Shown here piece by piece: positions 12,915-25,410 of a stretch of 64,000 nucleotides of DNA. The notes under the pieces were generated by a model. It saw only the letters and a list, made by a program, of their open reading frames with translations. It was not told the origin of the DNA and searched no databases. The stretch lies in contig JAUZTB010000127.1 of the NCBI GenBank assembly GCA_034780895.1, forward strand, positions 25,492,691-25,556,690, in the 5' to 3' direction. This stretch comes from Rhynchobatus australiae. Taxonomy: Eukaryota. The translations under genes were made by a program, and so were the position numbers. The first letter of the stretch is position 1; each line of letters starts with the position of its first letter.

Positions 12915-14235
12915 AGTTGCTTCCAGAGATCGGTCATGGCATGCGTTAACTCCACTCTCCCAGAAAACCTCAACCCACTGCAATTCGCCTACTGCCTAAA
13001 CAGGTCTGCAGCAGATGCCATCTGTCAGGCCCTACACTCACCTACGTTTGACTACAGCTCCGCCTTCAATACTATACTTCCAAGCTATAGCTCATCACCA
13101 ATGCCAAGACCTGGGACCTAACACCTCCCTTTGCAACTGGATCCTTGACTTCCTGACCAACAGACCACAATCAGTATGGATAGGCAGCAACACCTCTGGC
13201 ACAATTATTCTCAACACTGGTGCCCCACAAGGCTGCATCCTCAGCCCTCTAATGTGCTCCCTAGACAGTTGTGATTGCGTGGCCAGACTCTGCTCTAACA
13301 CCTTCCAGAAGTTTGCAGATACCACCATGGTGGGCCATATCTTAAATAACGATGAGTTGGAGTACAGGAAGGAAATAGAGAGCTTAGTGATGGTGTTGTG
13401 ACAACAACCTTTCACCTTTCCCTCGATGTCATCAAAATAAAAGAGCTGGTCATTGACTTCAGGAAGGGGTGGTGCATTTGCACCTGTTTACATCAATGGT
13501 GCTGAGTTCGAGGGGGTTGAGAGCTTCAAGTTTCTAGGAGTGAACATCACCAATAGCCTGCCCTGGTTCAACCATGTAGATGCCACGGCCAAGAAAGCTC
13601 ACCAGCACCTCAACTTCCTCAGAAGGCTAAAGAAATTTGGCATGTTTCCTTTGACATTCACCAACTTTTATCAATGCACCATAGAAAGAGTNNNNNNNNN
13701 NNNNNNNNNNNNNNNNNNNNNNNNNNNNNNNNNNNNNNNNNNNNNNNNNNNNNNNNNNNNNNNNNNNNNNNNNNNNNNNNNNNNNNNNNNNAGCTCAGCA
13801 CATCACGGAAACCAGCCTCCCCTCCATGGACTCTGTCTACACTTCTTGCTGCCTCGGTAAAGCAGCCAGCATAATCAAAGACCCCACCTACCCCAGACAT
13901 TCTCTCTTCTCCCCTCTCTCATCAGGCAGAAGATCCAAAAGTCTGAAAGCACCACCAGGTTCAAGGACAGTTTCTATTCCACTGTTATAAGACTATTGAA
14001 TAGTCCCCTAGTACGATAAAATGGAGTCTTGACCTCACAATCTATCCTGTTCTGTCCTTGCACCTTATTGCCAACCTGCACTACACTTTTTCTGCAGCTG
14101 TGAACTTTACTCTGCATTCTGTATTGTATTACCTCATTGCATTGTGTAATGAATTGATCTGCATGAACGGTACGCAAGACATGTTTTTCACTGTACTTCA
14201 GTACAAGTGACAATAATAAACCAATTCAATTCAGA
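12915..14235 (+). mobile_element. Rex1/Babar-type LINE, 5'-truncated, disrupted RT
   Basis: ORF pieces [65 protein letters not shown] and FLRRLKKFG; ends aataataaaccaattcaattca. Confidence 0.92.
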
Positions 14236-14344
14236 AAAATGTTATTGTAAAAGAACAGGCCAGAATGGCCAGAAACCATCTGATTAGTTGTTGATACTTT
14301 TGTTCTAATGAATTTATCAGAATCTTTGTAATTACAATGATTTG

Positions 14345-14690
14345 TATGAAGTTTAAACGGCTTTATCTCATAAATGTTTATGGAGTATGACAGGATGATG
14401 TTCCCATAGCTTGTGTATCTAGAATCAGGGAGTGTCCAAATAAGGGTTCAGCCATTTGGCATTGATGTGAAAAGACGCTCTCAGTGGGTTGTGAATCTTC
14501 AGCATTCTCTATCCAAGGGGGCTTTGGAGGCTCTTTTGCATAGTTTTATTCAATACATAGATTGCTAGTTTTTTTTATTAAGAAAATCAAAGGGTATACA
14601 GGAAAGAGGCACTATGGTAATAGGTCTTATGATCTTATGGAATGGTAGAGCAGACACAAGGGGCTGAATAGCCCTGTTGTTTTTAGTTCT
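14345..14690 (+). mobile_element. Old CR1 3' fragment
   Basis: Degraded copy of the CR1 3' region (gttgtgaatctt...ggtagagcagacacaaggggctgaatagcc). Confidence 0.6.
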
Positions 14691-15154
14691 TTCATTTTTA
14701 AGTTCACCTTTATGGAAAATGAACTGTTCAAAAACAGATTTTCATAGGCTGTTGAAATACATTTTGCTGCCTAAAACTTGAAGTCTATAGTATATACAAA
14801 TTTTGAGATTAGAATTAGAACCCAGATTTTATTCAATACAAATTTTTGGAACTTTGTCTTGATTTTGAGTCTGTTTTCACACTTCAGGTAGTAGGAATGA
14901 CACAAGTTTGACAATTTTGCTGCTGAAATGTTTTTACCCTCCAGAGTATTACTTAATTTTCTCAGTCTTCCAGTCCTAACAGTAGCTGCAGCAGTTCCTG
15001 CCTCCCAACTCTCATTGTCACCATTGTGTACATCTTTGATCATACTCTCTGTGGAATCTTTTCATTGGAAGTTTAAATAAAGCTAACCTGCACTATTTTT
15101 AAAAGAAACTGAAGTGTGGAAGACACAATGCAAAAAAAAATATATAGTCAAGGC

Positions 15155-16610
15155 CTGATCAGGAATAGTCAGCATGGTTTTATGTGTGGGAGGTCATGTC
15201 TGATGAATCTTTTGGAGGTTATTGAAGAGGTAACTAAGGGGATAGATGAAAGTAGAGCAGTGGATGTTGTCTATATGTAAGGCCTTTGACAAGGTCCCGC
15301 ATGGCAGGTTAATCTGGAAGGTTAGGTCACATGGCATTCATTGGGAGCTGGCAAGGTGAATTCAGAATTAGTTTGATGACAGGAAGCAGAGGGTGATGGT
15401 TGAAGGTAAGTTCTCCAACTGGAGGCTGTGACTCATGGGGTCAGTTTAAGGACCTCTGTTATTATGTATGTAAATGATTTGGATATGAATGTACATGGCA
15501 CGATTAGCAAGTTTGATGTTACTAAATTAGGGGGATGTTGATAATTAAGCAGGCTACAATTGGGTGCCAGGGGTAAGTGATTAGATGCTCTTTTGTTGGA
15601 GATAATCATTGCTTGATGCTATTGTGGTGTGAAAGCTTCTTGTCACTTATCAGCCCATGCCTGAATATTGTCTAGATCATGCTGCATGCAATGAGAGGTG
15701 GGGAGTGGTTTCTTGTTGATAGTGAAGCAGGTTACAATGAATTGTAAAGAAATCTTGATCGGTTAGGTAGATGAACTGAGGAATGGCAAATAGATTTCAG
15801 CTTAGATAAGTGTGAGGTGATGCATTTTGGACATTCAAACCAGGGTAGGACTCGTACAGGGAATGGCAGGGCGCTGACAAGTGTTGCGGAACAGAGGGAC
15901 CTGGGAGTACAAGTGCACAGTTTGCTGAAAGTGGCCACACAAGTAGACAGGGTGGTGAAGAAGGTGTTTAGCATGCTGGCCTTCATCAGTCAGGGCATCG
16001 AGTTTAGGAGTAGGGACATTATGTTGCAGTTATATAAGTCGTCGGTGAGGCCACACTGGGGGTATTGTTTACAGTTTTGGTCACTCTGTTATAGGAGGAC
16101 ATTATCAAGCTGGAGAGGGTGCAGAAGAGATTTACGAGGATGCTGCCTGGAAATAGAGGGCCTGAATCACAGGGAGAGGTTTGCCACGCTGGATCTTTAT
16201 TTCTTGGAGTGTTGGAGAATGAGGGGTGACCTCACAGAAGTTTATAAAAGACTATGACTGTCCACCCTATCCATACCCCTCATGATTAGTCTTTTCCCCA
16301 GGGTTGGGGAGTCCAAAACTAGAGGGCACAGATACAAGATAAAAAGGGTGATATTTAAAAGAGACCTGAGAGGTAACTTCTTTACACAGAGAGTAGTGAG
16401 TACCTGAAATGAGCTATCAGAGGAAGTGGTCGAAGCGGGTAAAATTGCAACATTTAAGAGGCATTTGAATTGGTACAGGGAGGGGAGAGGCTTGGAAGGT
16501 CATGGACCAAATGTGGGCAACTGGGACTAGTAGGGAGGTTGCTGTGGTCAGCATGGACCAGTTGGGCCAAAGGGCCTGTTTCCATGCTGTATTACTCTAT
16601 GGCTCTATAG
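15155..16610 (+). mobile_element. CR1 LINE, 5'-truncated, RT plus 3' UTR
   Basis: SQHGF, AVDVVY..KAFDKVPH, KCEVMHFG, EQRDLGVQVH, LYKSSVRPH and RMRGDLTEVYK motifs; ends gggcctgtttccatgctgtattactctatggctctat. Confidence 0.92.
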
Positions 16611-17093
16611 AATAAATTTCTCTTCACATTTGTGCTTACTCAGTATTGGCAATCGACAGGTGATTACTGAAATGTTTTTTCTTTTATCTGTGGTCAGCTT
16701 CTTTTAAGATGTTGTGTAGTGGTGTTGCAGTAGATGGATCTTTCACTGTATGATTCCACAAGATAGGATGTTAAATACATCTGCAGATATTTTCTCATCT
16801 TTGTTGCACCATATAGAAGTGATATCGAGCAGTGATTCCTTCAAATACCTTTTAAGGGCTGGTCCCCTTGACCTGGGGATGAAATGCAAGAATCAAACAA
16901 GCAAAATAAGATGGTGTTTGTCTATATTGACTGGTGAAATGCTATTTATTATTGATATGGTTTATCCCATAAGTTCCAGTTGATGATCAGTTTCAGTATT
17001 TTTCATAACAGTAAATGGAGCATTTTTACATTTTGTCATGTTTGATAGCTTTTCACATTTAATAAGTAGAAAATTGTAATCTTGTATCTGCAG

Positions 17094-17241
17094 ACATGGG
17101 GAACTTTGAAGGAGGCGATCGACGTATTACAATAACACAAGGTCAGGCGGCAGTGCTAAAATCTCCGAATCTCAGCAGTTACCCACAACCGCAAATGACA
17201 TGGTTTCGCGATGGCCAAAAGATTATCCCCAGCAATAGAAT
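17094..17241 (+). CDS. SDK1: Sidekick internal exon (Ig2 N-terminal half; equivalent of exon 4)
   Basis: Acceptor cttgtatctgcag|AC, donor AT|gtaagt; 148 nt, phase 1 to phase 2. Translates (Y)MGNFEGGDRRITITQGQAAVLKSPNLSSYPQPQMTWFRDGQKIIPSNR(I). Not in the ORF track because it is too short. Confidence 0.93.
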
Positions 17242-17584
17242 GTAAGTGAGCCTGTTCACAACCAGTATTGGGGAGTTGTTTTAAATGGAAATTAGTAATG
17301 CAATTATAGATTTTCTTAATGCTGATGTAATATCATAGGTTTTAAAAAATTAACTCAGAACAGAGCTTTGTATGCTGAGGATACTTTTTTAGGTGCAGAG
17401 ATCAACATTGTTTAGAATCTTTTATCTGTTACTTCCCTACAAGTGCAAATATTGATATAACTATTTCTTGGTTACAAGATCTGTCAATATTATATTCATG
17501 TAATCTAATTGTTTTCAGATGGGCAGAATGAAGAAGGATATTTTGCAGTTAAATATTCATATTTGCCTTAATTCAGTGTAATGA

Positions 17585-18170
17585 AACAACAGCATCTTCT
17601 ACTTGTATGTTGCCTGTACATGGCTAAACTTCCAACGTGGTAATTTTACTTGGGTGTTAAACAAAATGTTACACCAATTTAAATGAGGGTATGTTAGGAA
17701 AATGACAAAAAAAAATAGAATTTAATATATGCATTAAAGAGAGAGAGAGGTGGGTATGGAAAGATTTGAGGAAGAATTTAGCATCTGGGCTGAAGACATT
17801 GCTACTGATGGTGAAGTAATGCAATATGAGGCTGATCAAAAATCAGATCTGGGGTATGTAGATATCTTGGAAAGATAGGGGAGAGTGAGACCAAGGAGGG
17901 ACTTGAAAACAAGGATGAACATTTCAAAGCTGAGGCCTTACTTCATAGCCAGCTNNNNNNNNNNAAATCGGCCAGCACAGGCTGATGTGTGAAAAGGACC
18001 TGAAACAGGTAGGCCTTGAGCAGCGCAGTTTTGAATGAAATCAAATTGATGGCTTGTACAAGGGAGAACAGTCAGGAATCCATTGAAATTATCCAATATA
18101 GAGGTAACAAATACCAGGCTGAGGATTTCATTTGCAATGAACTGAGAAAGGGGCAGGATCAGGTGGTCTT
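17585..18170 (-). mobile_element. L2-type LINE 3' fragment
   Basis: Antisense L2-like signature (gtgagaccaaggagggacttgaaaacaaggatga...gcagcgcagttttgaatg...tccaatatagaggtaacaaa), recognised from memory. Confidence 0.65.
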
Positions 18171-18349
18171 AATAACAACATGTTAAGTATGGCCTGGAGG
18201 TTGTTGACTTAAGCAGTTTTAAGTACCTCTTGAAAACATCTAATACTTGTAGAGCAAAAGACAAGTAGAGATCATTCAGCAACAAATCATTCATTCACCA
18301 AGTGGCAAATGTTACCTTTTAACAGAAGTGGACAGATTAGATGCTGGTA

Positions 18350-18645
18350 GGGAGCCCAGGACCAAGGTTCGCAGTCTGAGGATAAGGGAAAGCCATTTAA
18401 GACTGAGATGAGGAGAAATTCCTTCTCCCGGAGAATGGCAAAACTGTGGAACTCTCTCCTACAAAAAGCAGTTGAAGCCAAATCTTTAAATATATTCAAG
18501 AAGGAGCTGGATATTTTTCAAATGGCTAGATGAATCAAGGGAAGAAAGTTGGAACAGCATATTGCATTTGGATGATTAACCATGATTGCACTAAATGGCA
18601 GAAGAGTCACAAAGGGCCGAATGGTTTACTCTTACTCTTTTTTTA
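18350..18645 (+). mobile_element. CR1 3' fragment
   Basis: ccatttaagactgagatgaggagaaattccttctcc...aagggccgaatggtttactcttactc, a typical CR1 3' end. Confidence 0.8.
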
Positions 18646-19019
18646 AAAAAAAGTTTTGATGTGATAGAGCTGACAGGATTCCTTCCTGATGTTGAATGTG
18701 TGTTCAGCTGTGTGACGTTAAGAGCTGGGTTTTACCTGGTATGTTGAGCTCCGTTATGGCATTGCTGACATCAAGATCTGACTACAATGATAAAGTCAAG
18801 TGGCATTTGATTATTTGGCATGGTATCAATCTGTCTTTGCTGCAACACTCAGACTTCTGGTNNNNNNNNNNNNNNNNNNNNNNNNNNNNNNNNNNNNNNN
18901 NNNNNNNNNNNNNNNNNNNNNNNNNNNNNNNNNNNNNNNNNNNNNNNNNNNNNNNNNNNNNACAAGGCATTTGTCACTCCTGATGTCAGAACCAATTTCC
19001 TGAAAGTAGTGTTACTAGT

Positions 19020-19215
19020 AACAAGGTGGTGAAGTATTTTGCATCCTGGCCTTCATCAGTCAGGGCATTGACTTAATTCCAGAAAAGACTTGAGAATGTT
19101 GCCAGTACTTGAGGGCCTGAGCTATAGGGCAGCCTATGACGTTATTCATTGAAGCGTAGGAGACAGAAGGGTGGCCTTATAGAGATATACAAAACCTTGA
19201 GGGGCACAGATAGGG
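19020..19215 (+). mobile_element. CR1 internal fragment
   Basis: ggccttcatcagtcagggcat is shared with 15978-15998; the remainder aligns by eye to ~16130-16260. Confidence 0.7.
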
Positions 19216-20194
19216 TTTCCGCACCCTATAACTAAGACTAACAAGTATCTGTCATCTTTGATGGTTTCAGCCTCATCACTGTCCCAGCTAAGGCCATTAT
19301 TGGCCAGCGTAGATCCAATTAGGGATACACAAATTACCTGTTGCCATCTGGTTCATTCCTGCTGGGTTTGGATGTGTCCACCTTGCCCTGCTAGAGGTAG
19401 TGAATTTGCCTATGAGTTTTTGCAATGTGTTTGGATTAAGTGGCTGTTATGGTAAAAAAGAAAAGCTGGCTACTTGTGCAGACTGTAAAGAATGGGTGTA
19501 AGACTGCAGCAGTTCTTTACATGCAAAGCAAAAGTAGAGAGATATGAATGTTAGCTATGAGCCATAACTGGTAAAGATTGTTCGTAGGTGAGTGTTGAGG
19601 AAATGGTAAATTGAATAATTTGTGAGGAGAGTAAGTGGAATTTCTAGGGTATGACATTTGAAGTGCTTGTGACACTTCATCTAAGTCCTCAGGATTTAAC
19701 TTCTGAAGGTTACATTCGAGTTAGAGAATCTCTCTTCTCCAACTATATCTGCAGGACCCCTGGCCCCTTACATTAACTGAAAAACTCATCAACTTTGCAC
19801 TTTTTCTGTCAAGACCTCCAGCACAAAGACCAAAAACCTTGTGGCCTTCTATGCTATTCTTCACTGTTCCCCAGCTTAGATTCGTTAATGGAACAACAAG
19901 TAGCACCTACTCCAGCTATAATGCACCTCTAAGAGATACAGGATATCCAGCTTTTTCAAGAACCAACCAATGAAGAGGTTATCCCTTCCTGCTGAAGTAT
20001 TTGAATAATGAATAGCATGGTTAGTGTCGGCTGGGTACTACAGATATGCAGATATGGAAATATGCAGCTATAATGAATTGGCAAACAGCTTTGATTTCAA
20101 TCAGAAGGCTAGCAAATCCTGCGCTGGTTTTGGGGGATATCCAATTATGTACTCTACAAGTTCAGAAGAGAAACTACAAAATTAGTGTATATAT

Positions 20195-20255
20195 CTAGAA
20201 ACATAGAAAACCTACAGCACAATTCAGGCCCTTCAGTCCACAAAGCCGTGCCAGA
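20195..20255 (-). mobile_element. Very short CR1/HE1-type tail insertion
   Basis: tagaaacatagaaaacctacagcacaattcaggcccttcagtccac, an antisense 3' tail in a TA-rich site. Confidence 0.6.
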
Positions 20256-21579
20256 CATATTTGTGTTGTCTCTATAATATCTATATATGTTGTATAGATA
20301 TTTAAATAAGCTTGGCATATAATAACAGGTAAGAAATCAGTAAGTCTTCATGAATGCATTAAAAAAAACAGTGGTAATGATAGAGGTAAGGTGCAGGACA
20401 GAATTATTGTTCATTAACAGAAAAACAAAATAAATGAAAGACTTAGAGAAAAAAGGAGGTAGAAAAGCAAGTTCCTGCTCTGATTCCTTATTTGATAAAT
20501 GCACATTTCAACCAGAAAGATTCAAATGAGAGAAAGGTGCTGCAATCTTCCCAGTATCCAAATCTTGGGAAGTCCTCATAGCAAATTGAACTAAAATGTA
20601 TTTGAATAGGACAGAAAACTAAGGTAGATTGAATAAAACGTTTTATTTAAGGAAATATTGTGAAGCCATGGTTGATAATAGATGAAGACATGCAGCAATG
20701 GCAGAATACATTGCTGAAGTGGGAAAGGTTTGGATTTTCTATAATACATCTAAGAATCGTTCACAATCACAAGACATTTAAGCCAGACCTGAGTATTAGG
20801 ATTTACATTTACTGCAAGCTGAATATCAGCGAAGAATATCATCAATGAAGTGTCATGTGATATTCCTGCAAGTGTAATCGTTTCAGTTAAGAATTCATCA
20901 GCTCTGATCATTGTTGAGGGGAATATTAAGCTGTGACTGAATCTGATTTGCCATTAACACCCTCATGTATTTTCTCCAAGTCTCTTGAAATGCCTGAATT
21001 TGCGAAATATTTGTCAAGTTACAATTATCAGGTGATATTACAATGTCCCATGTTGCTCATCAATTACAATTATTAGGTGGAATAATGGATAGGTTCAGGC
21101 TTGTTTCTTGAAATTTCATGTGTAATCTAATGTCTTTTCATAGAGACTTGTTTATGCCCAATATTGTAATGTTCATTTGGAAGGAACATTGTTTTGACAC
21201 TTGAAAGTTATAAGTTGTTGATTTTACCAGTTGTTTGCACATTTATCTGAAACAAGTGAGGTGAATTTCAGCTATTTATAAAGGAAGAATGAATATTTCT
21301 TGCAGTTACTTACCATCTATTATTTGCAGTTTAATTAGATTATTTCAATGCATTCTCTTACAAATTGAAACTAATGCTGCTTGAAAAAACAAATCATTAA
21401 CCTGCAACCACAACGTCAGATGAGAATCACCTGAAAAATAAATGAGTTAATGAGTTAACATAGAAATAGATATTTGGGGAAAATCTTTTACTGGCAAGCA
21501 AAAACAAGTGCAATTCTTGACTTTTAATGAAATGTTGATAAAGATTGATCCTCCTTATAATGTTATTTTTCAAGATCTC

Positions 21580-22035
21580 ACTGCATCACTGTTGGCTTGA
21601 GCTGTGGCATCTCCTCCAATTCAGCATTTCACAGCTTTTATGTGTTCTTTTGTGTTTTCTCTCTAATTATGCTCATTAACCTATCAAGCAGATGGCTCTG
21701 TCGACAACTTATCACCATGGTGGTCTTGGCCTCACCCTATCAGAGAAATCCCCTTNNNNNNNNNNNNNNNNNNNNNNNNNNNNNNNNNNNNNNNNNNNNN
21801 NNNNNNNNNNNNNNNNNNNNNNNNNNNNNNNNNNNNNNNNNNNNNNNNNNNNNNNCTTGGCCTCACCCTATCAGAGAAATCCCCTTTTGCCCTCTCCATC
21901 CCTTCCCCCATCCTCTCTCCAACTAGAAGCTAATTTATTTTCTCACTTTTTCAATTCTGATAGGTCTTCAGTCTGAAATGCTAGCTCAGTTTCTTTTTCC
22001 ACGAATGCTGCCTTACCAGCAATTTTTGTCTTTAT
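21580..22035 (+). mobile_element. Penelope-like element 3' terminal fragment
   Basis: Aligns by eye with 34690-35110 (gtcgac, ccttat(c/t)ag(a/g)ga, ctgaaa, atgctg); interrupted by a 100-N gap. Confidence 0.6.
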
Positions 22036-22949
22036 TTACTGATTCAACATTGGGATTAATCTTTATCACACATCATCTACACACTCTGATGTATTTTGGG
22101 AGGAGGGCAGTGAAAGGCTAAAAATTAGCCAAAATTTGTTACTTCTGGCTCCTGACATTTCCACTCAGTTTCTTTGCCCTTTTTAGAATGATACCGTCAT
22201 CCACCTTAAACGTAATAATCTGCATTGAAAGGAGCATGGTTGTTAAAGAAGATCCTTGAGGAGGGAGTGCATTGTCACTGATGGACTGATACATTGGAGT
22301 TAGACTTCTCACCCACCCATTCTTTTGACGTGGGTGGGCAGGCTTCTGTCTCTTCAATTGTCCTCCTTCTTTGACTGATGCATCACTAGTGGCACAGTAA
22401 CATCCCACTGATTTTAAAATAATGTGACTTACTGCAATTTCCATCAAGATGAATAGCAATATTACCAGTGAACTCATCAAGTACTTATCCACAGGGCTGA
22501 CATCCTGGGTATTTTGCTGAATTTAATTTTTTTTCAAATATCTAATAATTTCATGGCAAATGAAATGAAAGCTGTGATGCATCTTTAATTTCTCTGGCCA
22601 AGAAATTTTCTGGCGCCCTGCTTTACAGTCACTCTGTTGGCCATGTTATCATCTGATGGGAGATGTGCATGAGCAGTACAAAACAATCATTGCTTCATTT
22701 CCAACTTTCTTTAGAGGAGCTGCCTCATTACCTGCACAGATGTCCCAGGTTTGCTTTATCATTTCAAAAGGCAATGCATTCTGCAGTAGATTCTGTATCT
22801 GTTTGTATAGAGAAGAAATGTTTTTTTGCCAGGTAAGTATTTTTCAGTCACTTGAGCAAGGCCTTATCTCCTGTGAACAGAGGAACAAGGAGATCATGAA
22901 GGATATAGGCAGAGGAAAACTGTGTTCCCATTGGCAGAGGAGTCAAGAA

Positions 22950-24710
22950 TTTGAAGACACATGGATGGAACCATATTTAGGGATTCATCTGCGGATCTGA
23001 ATGAATATGCCACAGCCGACATTGACTTCATCAAGCCCTGCCTGGATGAGTGTGTACCTTTGAGAACATGTCAAATTTTCCCAAACAAGAAGCTCTGGAT
23101 GAACCAAGAGATTCAGAATCTGCTGAGGGCTAGATCTGTGGCATTCAAGACAGGCGATCCAGCACCCTACAGGAAGACCAGGAACAACCTATGGAAAAAC
23201 ATAGTGAGAGCGAAAAGGCAATTCCATGTGAAGTTAGAGACACAATCGGATGCATGGCAGCTGTGACAGGGTTTGCATGCCATTACTTCCTATAAGTGAA
23301 ACCTAGAAGCATAAATGGCAGTGATGCTTCACTCCTTGATGAGCTCAGTGCCTTTTGTGCTTGCTTTGAAAGGGAGAACAACACTACACTTGTGAGAATC
23401 CCCATAGCATGCAGCAACCCTGTGATCTCTGTCTTGGAGGCCGATGTCAGAACATCCTTCAAGAGGGTGAACCCTTGCAAGGTGTCAGGTCCTGGCAGTG
23501 TACCTGGCCAGGTACTGAAAACCTGTGCCAACCAACTGGCTGGAGTGTTCAAGGACATCTTCAACCTCTCACTGGTGTAGTCAGAGGTTCCCACCTGCTT
23601 CAAAAGGGCATCAATCATACCAGTGCCCAAGATGAGCAGGGTGAGCTGCCTCAATGACTATCACTCAGTAGCAGTTTATTGATTACAGCTTGGCATTCAA
23701 CACCATCATCCCCTCAGTACTAATCAACAAGCTTCAAAACCTAGACCTCTGTACCTCCACAGTCGATGTGGATCAGTAACAACATTTCCTCCTCACTGAT
23801 AATCAACACAGATGCACCTCAATCATGCGTGCTTAACCCACTGCTCTACCCCCGCTATACTCAAGACTATGTGGTTAAGCACAGCTCAAACACCATCTAT
23901 AAATTTGCCAGTGACACTACAGTTTGTAGAATCTGAGATGGTGACGAGACATACGTGAGTGAGATAGATTGGCTGGTTGAATGGTGTCGCAACAACAACC
24001 TTGCACTCAATGTCAGCGAGACCAAGGAATTGATGGTGGACTTCAGGAAAGAAAAGTTGGGAGAGCACACACCAGTCCTCATTGAGGGGTCAGTGATGGA
24101 AAGGGTGAGCAACTTCACGTTCCTGGGCATGAACATCTTGGAGAATCTACCCTGCCCCCAACACGTTGATGCAATCACAAAGAAGGCATGCCATTGGCTC
24201 TTCTTCATTAGGATTTTGAGAAGATTTGGTATGTCACTAAAGTTTCTCTAGATGTACAGTGGAGAGCATCCTGACTGGTTGCATCACAGCCTGGTATGGA
24301 GCATCCAATACATGCAGAGCATTGTAGACTCAGCCAGCTCCATGATGGTCACAGCTCTCCCTACCATCGAGGACATCTTCATGTCCTTCGAGGACATTGA
24401 AGGCAGCATCTATCATTAAAGATCCTCACCCTTCATGCAGATGTCCTCTTCTCATTACTATCATCAGGGAGGAGGTACAGGAGCCTGAAGACCCACACTC
24501 ACCGATTTTGGAACAATTTCTTCCCCTCTGCCATCAAATTTCTGAATGGTCCATGAACTTTACTTTGTTATTCCTTTCTTTTTTGCACTATTTATTTATT
24601 TTGTAATTTATGGTAATTTTATGTCTTTGCGAGTTACTGCTGCTGCAAAACAATAAATTTGTGATAAGAAACAATATAAGTTAGTGATAATGAACCTGAT
24701 TGTGATTCTG
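22950..24710 (+). mobile_element. Rex1/Babar-type LINE with internal deletions
   Basis: [63 protein letters not shown] and FTFLG motifs; many stops; tail gaacctgattgtgattctga. Confidence 0.92.
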
Positions 24711-25074
24711 ACACTGAATGGAGGGGATTGGCCAAATATCATCTGGAAAAATGTATTTACATTACAATTTATTAGGGTCTGAAATGCATTATGCTTGGTT
24801 GGACGAAAGGTTCAACTGTAATGTTTAAGAAGAGCTGGATAAGCATCTGAAAGGAGAGAATTGGCCATAAGGAGAGGGCTGTATTGCTTTCATATAAAGC
24901 TGTTAAGGACTTGACAAGTTGAAAGGCCTCTTCCATGCTGTACCCATCCTGTGATTTTTGTCTCCTTCCAATCAGATTTTCACTCCACAACAGTATTGAA
25001 GCAGTTCATGGAGAAACTAATGATTTTTCTCTCAATCACATAGGACATCAGGTATCTGTTTGTGGCTTGAATAG

Positions 25075-25410
25075 AAATGTAAAATGCTGGAAATACTTAG
25101 CAGGTCAGGCTGCATCCGTGGGAAGAGAGAGAGTTAATGTTTTAGGTCAAAGACACTTCATCAGTAGTGGGAAGTTGGGAAGCAGAAAAGCAAAGCTTGC
25201 TAAGGTGCAGAGAGGGAAGGAGAGGGGATGTCTCTGATAGGGTAAAACTGGAGTGTCCAAGGGGATAAACTGTAAACAAGAATGAGTGGTGAAGGGTCCC
25301 AACCCGAAATGTCAACTGTCCATTTCCCTACATAGATGCTGCCTGACCTGCTGAGTTCTATCAGTGTTTTGTGTGTTCCTCCAGATTCCAGCATCTGCAG
25401 TCTCTTGTAT
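25075..25410. mobile_element. Inverted pair of Penelope-type termini
   Basis: Minus copy ~25075-25240 and plus copy ~25285-25410 (cagcaggtcaggc-type / gcctgacctgctg arms), each with a hammerhead-like core. Confidence 0.7.
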
